From an uncultured Pseudomonadales bacterium (GTDB lineage Bacteria; Patescibacteriota; Microgenomatia; UBA1400; PJMF01): 24,000 nucleotides of DNA. Location of the stretch: contig CAYXJQ010000007.1 of NCBI GenBank assembly GCA_964464985.1, positions 8,150 to 32,149 on the forward strand. The letters are read 5' to 3'. A model generated the notes under the pieces. The model searched no databases and was not told where the DNA came from. It saw only the letters and a list, made by a program, of their open reading frames with translations. How positions within the stretch are numbered: the first letter of the stretch is position 1; each line of letters begins with the position of its first letter. This document shows positions 1 through 8,043 of the stretch, piece after piece. The position numbers were made by a program, and so were the translations under genes.

Positions 1-2740
1 GATATTTATTAGTATTGTTATTTGTAGCTTCTGCATTACAAACAGTTCCACCTCCATCTTTAAAACAAAACTTTATAGCTCTTTCAATAAAGTCATCTGT
101 AGGATAACTGTTCATCACATCAAAGTAGCGATTTCTAATTTTTTCAGCATCATCTGGTTCTGAGGGTCGATTACAGGTAAATTCAACAGTATCCATGCAA
201 AAAATTAAGTCCATTTCTTGATGTTTGTCATCAATCCAGTTTACGGGGTAGATATGATCATCACCCTCTACGCTAACTGGGCAATAGCCAGCTGAACGCC
301 AGCGAGTTGGTCTTTCCTGACCAGTGTAGTCTGAGGTGCAGTTACCATTTCCTGGTCCATTGTAGCGAGCCAAACCCATTAAGAGAGTTTCGTAATCAAG
401 CTTTACTTTTTCTGGTGGTAAATTTTTCATGTTCATTTTGTCTTTTAAATGTTCCATGGCAATAGTAGCGTCTTCTAGTAAAGTGCCACGCAGAGGACCT
501 CCGTCGAGCAGTGATTGGTCTGGACTCATGCCACCCTCTATCCAATGAATTCCTGCGGCAATTTCACATGGTATGCCCGTAGTGGCTTCTACTTGGCCAT
601 AAACATCGATTAGCTCTGCAGTAACTTTTGGAATAACATAGGTAGCAAAATCACTTAAAGCAATTTCTGGTATTTCTTCATAGTTGGGTAGATCTTCAAC
701 TTTGCTAAAAGCTAAACCTTCACAATTTGCTTCTAACCTGCCTTGAGCGCCTCTACAACGACCTAAGAATAGATCCTCAACTCGTTCGCAAGAAGCTATG
801 TACTCAAAAGCATCATCGGCAGTGCTGCGAACAGTGGTTTGAATTTTTCGAATAAACCAACCAAGTCCGAAATCAGGAAACAATAGTCCATGTTCTGGCG
901 AACCAGCGGTAGTGACACCGAAAGCTTTTTCGTCACAAATTTCCACATAAATAGGATTGCCTAGAGAGTCTGTGGCGCCATCAGGATCTGGTTCTAAGCG
1001 ACAGTTGGTTTTCCAAGAAAAACCATCGCTATCGCTATAAGTCGCATTACTATTTTTAATAGTGTAATATTTTGGAATAACTCCGGTTTTATTTTCCATA
1101 TCGACTAAAACATTGTTTTCTATTAACTGAAAAAGAGAATCTTTGTTCCAAAAAACAGCAAGCGATTTATTAACATCTTTGACGTTTTCGCCAATTGGTA
1201 AAACCAAATATGCTTTAACTTGTGCTTTTTCTCCAGCATCAACAATTGGACTACTAACAGTGATATCCCAAGAAAAGTTGGTTTCTGTTTCACTATCTAA
1301 TCGATCCAACAACTCATTGTTAAGGGGATTATTTTTATAAGGATTGCGAGCAGTGTCATCGAAATATTTTGCAGCAGGGGTAAAAAGGTCTCCGGCTTTT
1401 TCAAAGTGTAAATCGTTGGTATTAACAATATCTTCGATAGTAGTTTCTGTTTCTGGATCTTCTAAATCGATAACGCTTATAGCTTCAACCGAGCAAGATG
1501 GTTTAGCACCGTTAATAATATCAATCAGAGCATTTTCTAACATATTGTCGTAACTTCGTTGACATTGAGGCATGCCAGCACACTGAATAACCTTGTCTTT
1601 TTCAGGCCAAGAATTAGCTTGAGCTGCTGAACCAATTAACAACTCTCTTTCCCAATTTTGATCATCAAGGTCTTGAATATTTTGTTCATTGCTTTGTAAA
1701 ACGAATTTAGTTAATTCTAAACTATCAACATTATCTAAAATGCGTGATTTGTTAGTGGCAAATTCAGGAATTTTAAAAGCAATAAAGAGTGGTGCGTCTT
1801 TTTCATGTAAACCACCGTCTGTTTGCAAGAATTTCAATTTATTGCCGACAGGAGTTTGTCTGGGTACAAGAACTAAAAAAGCTAAACGATAAAGATTGTC
1901 TAAATCAAAACTAACTTTTTGAATTGCTGCTCGATTAATAGCGTAAGTTTCAGTTAAAGCCGGACTTTCTTCTTCTGGATATAGATCTCTACAAATGGCT
2001 GAATTTCGTTCAATTCTTGAGGCGTTTGCTAGTTCGGGATGCATATTGTCAAGGCGTTTTTTAATACCTAGATAATCAAAATTAGCACTAGGAATTCCTA
2101 GTGTTGCATTAGCCTCAATTTCAACTTCTTTGTTTAAAAAACAATTAATAAAAAATTTATCACACAATTCTCCAATAACATCTAGATTGTTTTTTTTGTA
2201 AAAACATTGCCAATAAGAGCTTAAAAGGCGTCCTGCCACTCCAGTTGCGTTTAAATAGTCTTCGTTAGTGAAAGCTTCTTGTAAATTAGCACCGAACATA
2301 CCTTCGAAAGAATCGTTTTTATCAGTAGATTCATTGTCTTCCATGCCACGCAACAGAGGGATGTGAGCATTTTCTAAATTGAGGTATTGGGGGCTGGTAC
2401 CACTAAAGTATCTCAGGGTATTAGGAAACTCTGTAAAATAATCGACAATATCTCCCCAAGCACTAACATCAATTAACCACTCTTTTGAAGCGCAATGTGC
2501 TTCATAGCCTTGGTCAGAAACCATGTTTGACAAAAGAGCAGCATAAATATCGCTATTACCCATGTTTGGGTCAAGAATTAAAGGCAAAACATTGTAAGCA
2601 GCTGAATCTCTTTGGCTTGGACTAAGGTTAAAGGTAGTGGATTCTGTGGCGTTTTGAGCTAAAACAGCGTTTGAGTTTAAATTAGCCAACAAAAAAATAA
2701 AAAACAGGATGATAGTGGTGAGCTTGATAGCTTTAAACAC
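1..2740 (-). CDS. Large secreted cysteine-containing protein, truncated at its 3' end by the window edge (>=913 aa visible), with an internal lytic-transglycosylase-like (SLT/VirB1-like) segment
   Basis: It is absent from the supplied ORF track because its stop codon lies left of position 1. My hand translation of the minus strand from GTG at 2740..2738 stays open down to position 2, and the nearest in-frame upstream stop is TAG at 2776..2774. The N-terminus VFKAIKLTTIILFFIFLLANLNSNAVLAQ looks like a signal peptide. The translation reads as a plausible protein throughout and has many Cys. The segment IPCEIAAGIHWIEGGMSPDQS...LMGLARYNGPGN (about nt 330-620) resembles the SLT catalytic-Glu and AYNxG motifs. 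It lies 38 nt downstream of the two pilin-like genes on the same strand. Confidence 0.7.
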   Translation of the reverse strand, partial: MFKAIKLTTIILFFIFLLANLNSNAVLAQNATESTTFNLSPSQRDSAAYNVLPLILDPNMGNSDIYAALLSNMVSDQGYEAHCASKEWLIDVSAWGDIVDYFTEFPNTLRYFSGTSPQYLNLENAHIPLLRGMEDNESTDKNDSFEGMFGANLQEAFTNEDYLNATGVAGRLLSSYWQCFYKKNNLDVIGELCDKFFINCFLNKEVEIEANATLGIPSANFDYLGIKKRLDNMHPELANASRIERNSAICRDLYPEEESPALTETYAINRAAIQKVSFDLDNLYRLAFLVLVPRQTPVGNKLKFLQTDGGLHEKDAPLFIAFKIPEFATNKSRILDNVDSLELTKFVLQSNEQNIQDLDDQNWERELLIGSAAQANSWPEKDKVIQCAGMPQCQRSYDNMLENALIDIINGAKPSCSVEAISVIDLEDPETETTIEDIVNTNDLHFEKAGDLFTPAAKYFDDTARNPYKNNPLNNELLDRLDSETETNFSWDITVSSPIVDAGEKAQVKAYLVLPIGENVKDVNKSLAVFWNKDSLFQLIENNVLVDMENKTGVIPKYYTIKNSNATYSDSDGFSWKTNCRLEPDPDGATDSLGNPIYVEICDEKAFGVTTAGSPEHGLLFPDFGLGWFIRKIQTTVRSTADDAFEYIASCERVEDLFLGRCRGAQGRLEANCEGLAFSKVEDLPNYEEIPEIALSDFATYVIPKVTAELIDVYGQVEATTGIPCEIAAGIHWIEGGMSPDQSLLDGGPLRGTLLEDATIAMEHLKDKMNMKNLPPEKVKLDYETLLMGLARYNGPGNGNCTSDYTGQERPTRWRSAGYCPVSVEGDDHIYPVNWIDDKHQEMDLIFCMDTVEFTCNRPSEPDDAEKIRNRYFDVMNSYPTDDFIERAIKFCFKDGGGTVCNAEATNNNTNKY

Positions 2741-2778
2741 AAATTTAATTATACAAGAAGTTAGGATAGGGAGCTAGT

Positions 2779-3381
2779 TTAGTTACCCAAGATTTTAATG
2801 CCAAAAATAATTTCAAGTAGTTGAGCAATCCAGTAAGCAGCAAACAAGATGATAAAGCCAATAACTGCTGTGGTAATCATTTGCTTGCCTTCATCAATAC
2901 TTTTTGAGTTAGTGGCTCCAGTTAACATTTTTAAACCAGCTAAAATTAGCATTACGAATAAAATGATGCCTGCGATAGGAAAGGCAAATCGCAAAATCTC
3001 AGTGATGACACCACCTGGAGTAGAGAGCTGATTAGCTTTACTAGAGTATTGTTTAAGAGGATTAAATTGATCGAGCATATCTTTGTTGACTTCAGGGATA
3101 TGAGGAGTTGGAGTTGGAGTTGGAGTTGCTGGGCTAGCATGACAGTTGTCGTTATAATACCAACCACAACACCATTTCTCTACGCCTCCAACGATCCCGA
3201 CTTCAATTTTTGCAAATTCATGATTTGCACAAATACAATCTGAGTCGAATTGACCAGTAGTTGCTCGGTACATATATGTACCGCAATCAATTTCTGCAGC
3301 ATTAACCTGTTTAATATTGAGAAAAAAAGATAAAACAACGATGTTTAAAGCAGTAACTAGTAATATTTTTTTCTTTTTCAT
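2779..3381 (-). CDS. Secreted Cys-rich protein with a PT-repeat linker and a C-terminal VirB2/TrbC-like (CPR 'T4SS pilin' family) two-helix hairpin
   Basis: 200-aa ORF. The signal peptide is MKKKKILLVTALNIVVLSFFLNIKQVNA/AE. A ~65-aa ectodomain with 6 Cys is followed by a PTPTPTPTP linker. The C-terminus is FAFPIAGIILFVMLILAGLKMLTG-ATNSKSIDEGKQ-MITTAVIGFIILFAAYWIAQLL, that is TM1, a short polar loop, then TM2 opening with IxxAxIG, as in VirB2/TrbC-type pilins. A GGAG Shine-Dalgarno sits ~6 nt upstream. The start overlaps the upstream gene's stop as ATGA. Confidence 0.8.
   Translation of the reverse strand: MKKKKILLVTALNIVVLSFFLNIKQVNAAEIDCGTYMYRATTGQFDSDCICANHEFAKIEVGIVGGVEKWCCGWYYNDNCHASPATPTPTPTPHIPEVNKDMLDQFNPLKQYSSKANQLSTPGGVITEILRFAFPIAGIILFVMLILAGLKMLTGATNSKSIDEGKQMITTAVIGFIILFAAYWIAQLLEIIFGIKILGN
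3104..3127. repeat. Perfect hexanucleotide microsatellite (GGAGTT)x4 encoding the PT linker
   Basis: Read directly at 3104-3127. It is in frame within CDS 2779..3381, where it encodes PTPTPTPT on the minus strand. Confidence 0.9.
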
Positions 3382-4301
3382 AATTCTCCAAAACCTGGTA
3401 TTTTGATGACGGATACTCCTATAAATTGCAAAATAGTTACAGAAAAAATAATAAATAATAGGCCAATAATTGCTGAAGTGATTAGCTCCTTTGCCTCTTG
3501 AGTTTTTTTAGGATCACCTTGAGAGGTTGAGAGCATGAATGCTCCGACTAAAATCATAATTAGAACTATTGCTCCCGCAATGATGATGCCTATTTCCATA
3601 ATTGTTGAGATAATTCCTTCGGTCGTTTGGGGAATACATCCTACAGCCGTCCAAATCCCTCCATCATTAAAGCAGCTAATGCAATTATTTAGAGCTTCTC
3701 CCTGATTATTCGATAGTTGTTGCAAACACAAGTTATAGCCCTCACCATCAGCTTCGGTTGGAGAAGTATTGCAAGAATCATCATCACAGCTAGCACTAGT
3801 CTTAAACTCACCGCTGGTTTTAATATGGCAAAGCCAACTCATTTGAGCAAGGGTGAAATTTTTTGCATATTTAACCATTGCAAAATAGGTATTATCTTTA
3901 TCTGAGGATGGCGGATCAAAAGATGTGCTGGCTGAGCCATTGTTGACAGTAACTTTTTTAGGGCTACCCACTAACACTTGGCTTTTAGGACCTGTTTTTT
4001 TATAAATATAAAATTCCACCTTGCCAGTAAAGTATGAGGGATCACCGTGGAAAACAATATTTTTTAATGAAATATTAATTTTACTCGAATCAGTTAAGCA
4101 GCTGCCTGGAAAATAGCAAGTTTTTCCACCTCTATCTTGAGTAAAATGAAAATCTGTTGCAGTAAAGTGTTCATCAACAGGAAAATTATTTACACTACAT
4201 TTTCCGGTACCTAGTTCAGCTGCTTTGACGTTTATATTAAAATTTTCAGATCTTAGTAATAAAAAAAGCAATATTATTAAGATTTTTGTAATTCTTTTCA
4301 C
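3378..4301 (-). CDS. Secreted Cys-rich protein with a C-terminal VirB2/TrbC-like (CPR 'T4SS pilin' family) two-helix hairpin
   Basis: 307-aa ORF with a GTG start. The signal peptide is MKRITKILIILLFLLLRSENFNINVKA/AE. A ~200-aa ectodomain carries 10 Cys. The C-terminus IIIAGAIVLIMILVGAFMLSTSQGDPKKTQEAKELITSAIIGLLFIIFSV is a close match to the T4SS-pilin hairpin pattern (G.F.L.TS.GDP.K...AK..I..AIIGL). It is the first gene of the minus-strand operon. Confidence 0.8.
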   Translation of the reverse strand: MKRITKILIILLFLLLRSENFNINVKAAELGTGKCSVNNFPVDEHFTATDFHFTQDRGGKTCYFPGSCLTDSSKINISLKNIVFHGDPSYFTGKVEFYIYKKTGPKSQVLVGSPKKVTVNNGSASTSFDPPSSDKDNTYFAMVKYAKNFTLAQMSWLCHIKTSGEFKTSASCDDDSCNTSPTEADGEGYNLCLQQLSNNQGEALNNCISCFNDGGIWTAVGCIPQTTEGIISTIMEIGIIIAGAIVLIMILVGAFMLSTSQGDPKKTQEAKELITSAIIGLLFIIFSVTILQFIGVSVIKIPGFGEL

Positions 4302-4364
4302 ATTCTTATTTTATCTTAAAAATGACTGATACAAAAGATCAAAATTTTATGTAAAATAAAGAGA

Positions 4365-6143
4365 GTGATTAGACTGCCACAAAATTTTTTTCAACCAAGT
4401 AAATTGTTTTTTTTAATTGTTTTATTAGTGTTAGTTTTGTTATCATTTAGTTCAAAACTTTTGTTTTCAGGAGTTTATGCTCTTGATGAAGTAGACAAAA
4501 TTCAACAACAAATTGACCAGCTAGATGAGTTAAAAAAACTTTCTGAAGCCGCTACTACGCCATTAGAAGCTGAGGTAGCAACTTTAGAATCTCGCATTCG
4601 ATCGGCTCAGACAGGTATTAATAGTGCTAAGGTTCAAGCGACTGAATTAGCCACCAGTATAGAAGAGAGAGAAGAGGATTTAGCTTACCACTATCAACTT
4701 TTTGCCAATCGAATTGCAGAAAGTTACAGACGTATTCGTAGCTATAATCCCTTAGTGTTAATTTTTACTAGTCAAAGTGCCACCACCTTGACAAAAAACC
4801 TAGCTTATCAAGAGTCAGCTAAGGTTCAGGACGATCGCTTGATTCGCTCAATTTCTGAAGAACTAAAGCAATTAGCTAGCGATAAAAAAGAATTGGAAGA
4901 AACTGAGTTGCGTTTAGCTGCCCTACAAGTACAACTGGATGAACAGGCAGACTTTTTTAAAGGAGAAATTGGTAAAGCGAAGAGTTATCAGGCAGAACTG
5001 AGTGGAAAGATTGCCGAGCTTTCAGCTAAACAACAAGCAATTTTGAGTGCTCGTTCTGGTTCTTATACTACCTCTGTAGGAGATGTGCCTTTAGCAGATG
5101 ATTTTAATGCCTCAATTGCTTTTAAAGCACAAGCTCCAAATAATAGTTTTGCAGTATTTTCTTTTGGGGCTTATACACATCGAAACGGTATGAGCCAATA
5201 TGGAGCGAAAGCTAGAGCAGAAAGTGGTCAGTCAGCTGAACAGATATTATTAGCTTATTATCCAGGATCGCGTTTGGAGAAAAACTATAATGCCATGGAT
5301 CAAATTAGTGTTGATGGTTATGGTAGTATTAGTTTTGAGGGTCAATATTTACAAGGTATTTATGAGATGCCAGCTTCTTGGCACACCGAAGCACTCAAGG
5401 CTCAGGCAATTGCAGCTAGAACTTATGCTATTCGCTACACTGACAATGGTGTTCGATCTATTTGCGCTACTGAGAGCTGTCAAGTTTTTAAAAATAGTCC
5501 CAAAGGTGGTGATTGGCAAAAAGCAGTAGATGCCACAAAAAATTGGGTGTTGCTTGATGGTAGTGGCAATCCAATTTCTACCCAGTATGCTTCTACCCAT
5601 GGTGGTTATACTAATTTTATAGGTTGGGATTTGGATGGTAGTTATAGTAGTGGTTCGTGGAGTACTATAGCTTGGGAGAATCGAGCTAATAGTCCTTGGT
5701 TCTATAAATCTTGGTATCGATCTGGTTATTCAAGTAGTGGTGCTAATTGTGGCCGCAGTCATCCTTGGCTTTCTCAAGAAGATTTTAGTGATATTCTTAA
5801 CGCTTACATCGTGCGACAAAATCCTCAGGGAGCAGACACTGAAAGAATTCAGCCAGTAACAATTAATGAATGCCAAATTGGTGGTGGGGGTGGCAATCCC
5901 TTTTCTAATGCGGAATTGAGAGATTTAGCTAATAAGTCTGGCGGAGCTGTTACCAATGTTAATTCGGTGAGTGTTAGTCACAATAGTAATGGTCAGACTA
6001 GTCAAGTTAGTTTTAGTACCAATCGTGGCAGTATAAGTATGAGTGGTAGTGATTTTAAGACGATTTTTAACTTGCGTGCCCCAGGATATTTGCGAATTCC
6101 ACAGAGCAGTTTTTCTTTTTTTAACATTGAACACAAACAATAA
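4365..6143 (+). CDS. Membrane-anchored coiled-coil protein with a C-terminal SpoIID/LytB (amidase-enhancer) domain
   Basis: 592 aa with a GTG start preceded by AAAGAGA. There is an N-terminal TM segment (LFFLIVLLVLVLLSF), then ~190 aa of heptad-like coiled coil. SpoIID-type motifs follow: YTHRNGMSQYGAKARAESGQSAEQILLAYYPG and EALKAQAIAARTYA. Confidence 0.85.
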   Translation: MIRLPQNFFQPSKLFFLIVLLVLVLLSFSSKLLFSGVYALDEVDKIQQQIDQLDELKKLSEAATTPLEAEVATLESRIRSAQTGINSAKVQATELATSIEEREEDLAYHYQLFANRIAESYRRIRSYNPLVLIFTSQSATTLTKNLAYQESAKVQDDRLIRSISEELKQLASDKKELEETELRLAALQVQLDEQADFFKGEIGKAKSYQAELSGKIAELSAKQQAILSARSGSYTTSVGDVPLADDFNASIAFKAQAPNNSFAVFSFGAYTHRNGMSQYGAKARAESGQSAEQILLAYYPGSRLEKNYNAMDQISVDGYGSISFEGQYLQGIYEMPASWHTEALKAQAIAARTYAIRYTDNGVRSICATESCQVFKNSPKGGDWQKAVDATKNWVLLDGSGNPISTQYASTHGGYTNFIGWDLDGSYSSGSWSTIAWENRANSPWFYKSWYRSGYSSSGANCGRSHPWLSQEDFSDILNAYIVRQNPQGADTERIQPVTINECQIGGGGGNPFSNAELRDLANKSGGAVTNVNSVSVSHNSNGQTSQVSFSTNRGSISMSGSDFKTIFNLRAPGYLRIPQSSFSFFNIEHKQ

Positions 6144-6148
6144 AAGGA

Positions 6149-7993
6149 CTAAATTCCTTGTAAGTATTTAGCACTCCAAGGTCGATAATTACTATAATAG
6201 TAGTCTTCACGAATGATTTCTCCAAATTTGTCGCGAATAATATTCGTAAATTCTGCCTTAATTCCAGAACTAGCCCAATCAATCTGTTTAATTTTTCCTG
6301 TTGGTAAGCTGGGGTCTGGAATGTAAACTGGCTCTAGAGCAGCTTGGTAGCCCCAGGACTTACAATTAACAATCTCACTAGTTCGTCCATCACTGGTGCC
6401 ATAAATTTTAACTGTCATATAGAGTTTTTCTGAATCACTCTGAAATTCTAGTAGAATGTGGCCGGGAGTATCATTGATAAAGCGCAAATCAACGTTGCCA
6501 CTATAGACGGTGGCATCAAAACCTGGTTGTCTGTTAATTTCATAATAACTGACACGATAAGAATGGGGAAGTCGTCTAGTAATCTCTACGCCCGCATCTA
6601 AAAGGGCTCGAAAGAGCGTGCTACTAACTTGACAGACGCCACCACCGGGAGCCAAATGAGTGGCCCCGTCTCGGATAATGTAAGCTTCGCGGTAACCGGT
6701 AGCACTACTAACATCGCCTAGAGCCCGATTGAAAGAAAATTCTTCGCCAGGAGGAATAACAATCCAGTTGAGAATTTGATTAGTTAGATCAACATTAAAA
6801 ATACGACTGGCAATTGAGCCATAATACCAGCTTTCGCCAAAACCAATAATTTCTTTAATTCCAAAATCGTTGGTTTGAGCAAGAGTAATTTCTGCTTCTT
6901 GGCTGGCCATATCTAGTTGAAAAAAATCTTGGTCGTTTTCTTCAATTTCTTTTAAATCTTGTTCATTTTCTAGGATTTCTAAAGCTTGAATGATTTTATT
7001 TTTTAATTTATTTTCGTTAACCCTTAAACCTTTGAGATCAGGGGTAAACTGATCAACTGCAATTTGTTCTTTTTCATCACGGTGAAATTGAAAACTGGCA
7101 TTTTGTGCGGGGCGATTAATGTGAGTAGTTTTATCCTCGATTAAATTGATTAATTCCTCTTCATCAAATAATTTTTCATTGATTCCATCTGGGAATTTTA
7201 GAATACTTATTAGTTCACTGTCGTTAAATTCAATGCGCTGATATTCTCCAGTGAAGACTAAGCGTTTTCCAACTATAGTTTTAGTCCTATTAAGTGCTTT
7301 TTCTATTTGTTCTTGATTGAGAGCAGCACTGCTTGAAGCGATAATTGCCTCTATCATTAAATCCTTTTCTTCAAGTTCTAGCCAAGGTGTTTCTAAAATT
7401 TGATAAATTTTTTCCTGACTTTCTTGAACAAGCAATTGTCGTCCATCCGCTCCTGGATTAATTAGTAAGGATTGTGGATTTCCAGAATAATTAAGAGTGG
7501 CGCTGGCCGGCTGTCCAACTAAATCAAAGCGCTTGGCTAATTCGGCCAGCGCCTCTGTCATTTTATTTTCCTCAATGCTGGCTCGGGTGTAAAAATGTTT
7601 CTTTTGCCATATTTTTTGTAGACGATTAAAAAAGTTTCCTTCTTTGCCAAAGGCCATCGCTTCATTTAGAGTCTGAGTAAAATTGTCATTCAATGTTAGC
7701 TGAATGTTTGTTTCTTCAATCGAATTAGGATCATATATAATTTGTAAAGGTAATTGATTGCTGACTGTTAACCAGTTGTCAGCCAATTTAGTTTCTGCCT
7801 CGCTTAAATTTAAGCCAGCTATTTTTACTTGGTCAACATAAGTTCCTGGATAAAAACGGTTTTGATAATGCTTAATATAGATTTTGATTAAAATTGTTAT
7901 TCCAATGATAAAAACTAAACCAAAACTTAGTAAGTAAATTTTCTTTTGATGGCGATAAAAGCTCGTCTTGATTGCTTGCAAAATTTTATCCAT
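6149..7993 (-). CDS. VanW family cell-wall-associated protein
   Basis: 614 aa with an N-terminal TM anchor (IYLLSFGLVFIIGITILIKIYI). The characteristic VanW core is present: FSFNRALGDVSSATGYREAYII...GGGVCQVSSTLFRALLDAGVEITRRLPHSYRVSYY. Confidence 0.85.
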   Translation of the reverse strand: MDKILQAIKTSFYRHQKKIYLLSFGLVFIIGITILIKIYIKHYQNRFYPGTYVDQVKIAGLNLSEAETKLADNWLTVSNQLPLQIIYDPNSIEETNIQLTLNDNFTQTLNEAMAFGKEGNFFNRLQKIWQKKHFYTRASIEENKMTEALAELAKRFDLVGQPASATLNYSGNPQSLLINPGADGRQLLVQESQEKIYQILETPWLELEEKDLMIEAIIASSSAALNQEQIEKALNRTKTIVGKRLVFTGEYQRIEFNDSELISILKFPDGINEKLFDEEELINLIEDKTTHINRPAQNASFQFHRDEKEQIAVDQFTPDLKGLRVNENKLKNKIIQALEILENEQDLKEIEENDQDFFQLDMASQEAEITLAQTNDFGIKEIIGFGESWYYGSIASRIFNVDLTNQILNWIVIPPGEEFSFNRALGDVSSATGYREAYIIRDGATHLAPGGGVCQVSSTLFRALLDAGVEITRRLPHSYRVSYYEINRQPGFDATVYSGNVDLRFINDTPGHILLEFQSDSEKLYMTVKIYGTSDGRTSEIVNCKSWGYQAALEPVYIPDPSLPTGKIKQIDWASSGIKAEFTNIIRDKFGEIIREDYYYSNYRPWSAKYLQGI

Positions 7994-8043
7994 AATAGAG
8001 TAATAACAACTATTATATTTTATTGTAGTGCTTTTATACTTTT

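Noticed and set aside
1143-1892. Three plus-strand ORFs from the track (1143..1340, 1344..1553, 1689..1892; 65-69 aa)
   Set aside because: They lie antisense to, and entirely within, the long open minus-strand frame 1..2740. That frame has a signal peptide and a coherent protein-like translation. The plus-strand peptides are low-complexity S/L/K-rich shadows.
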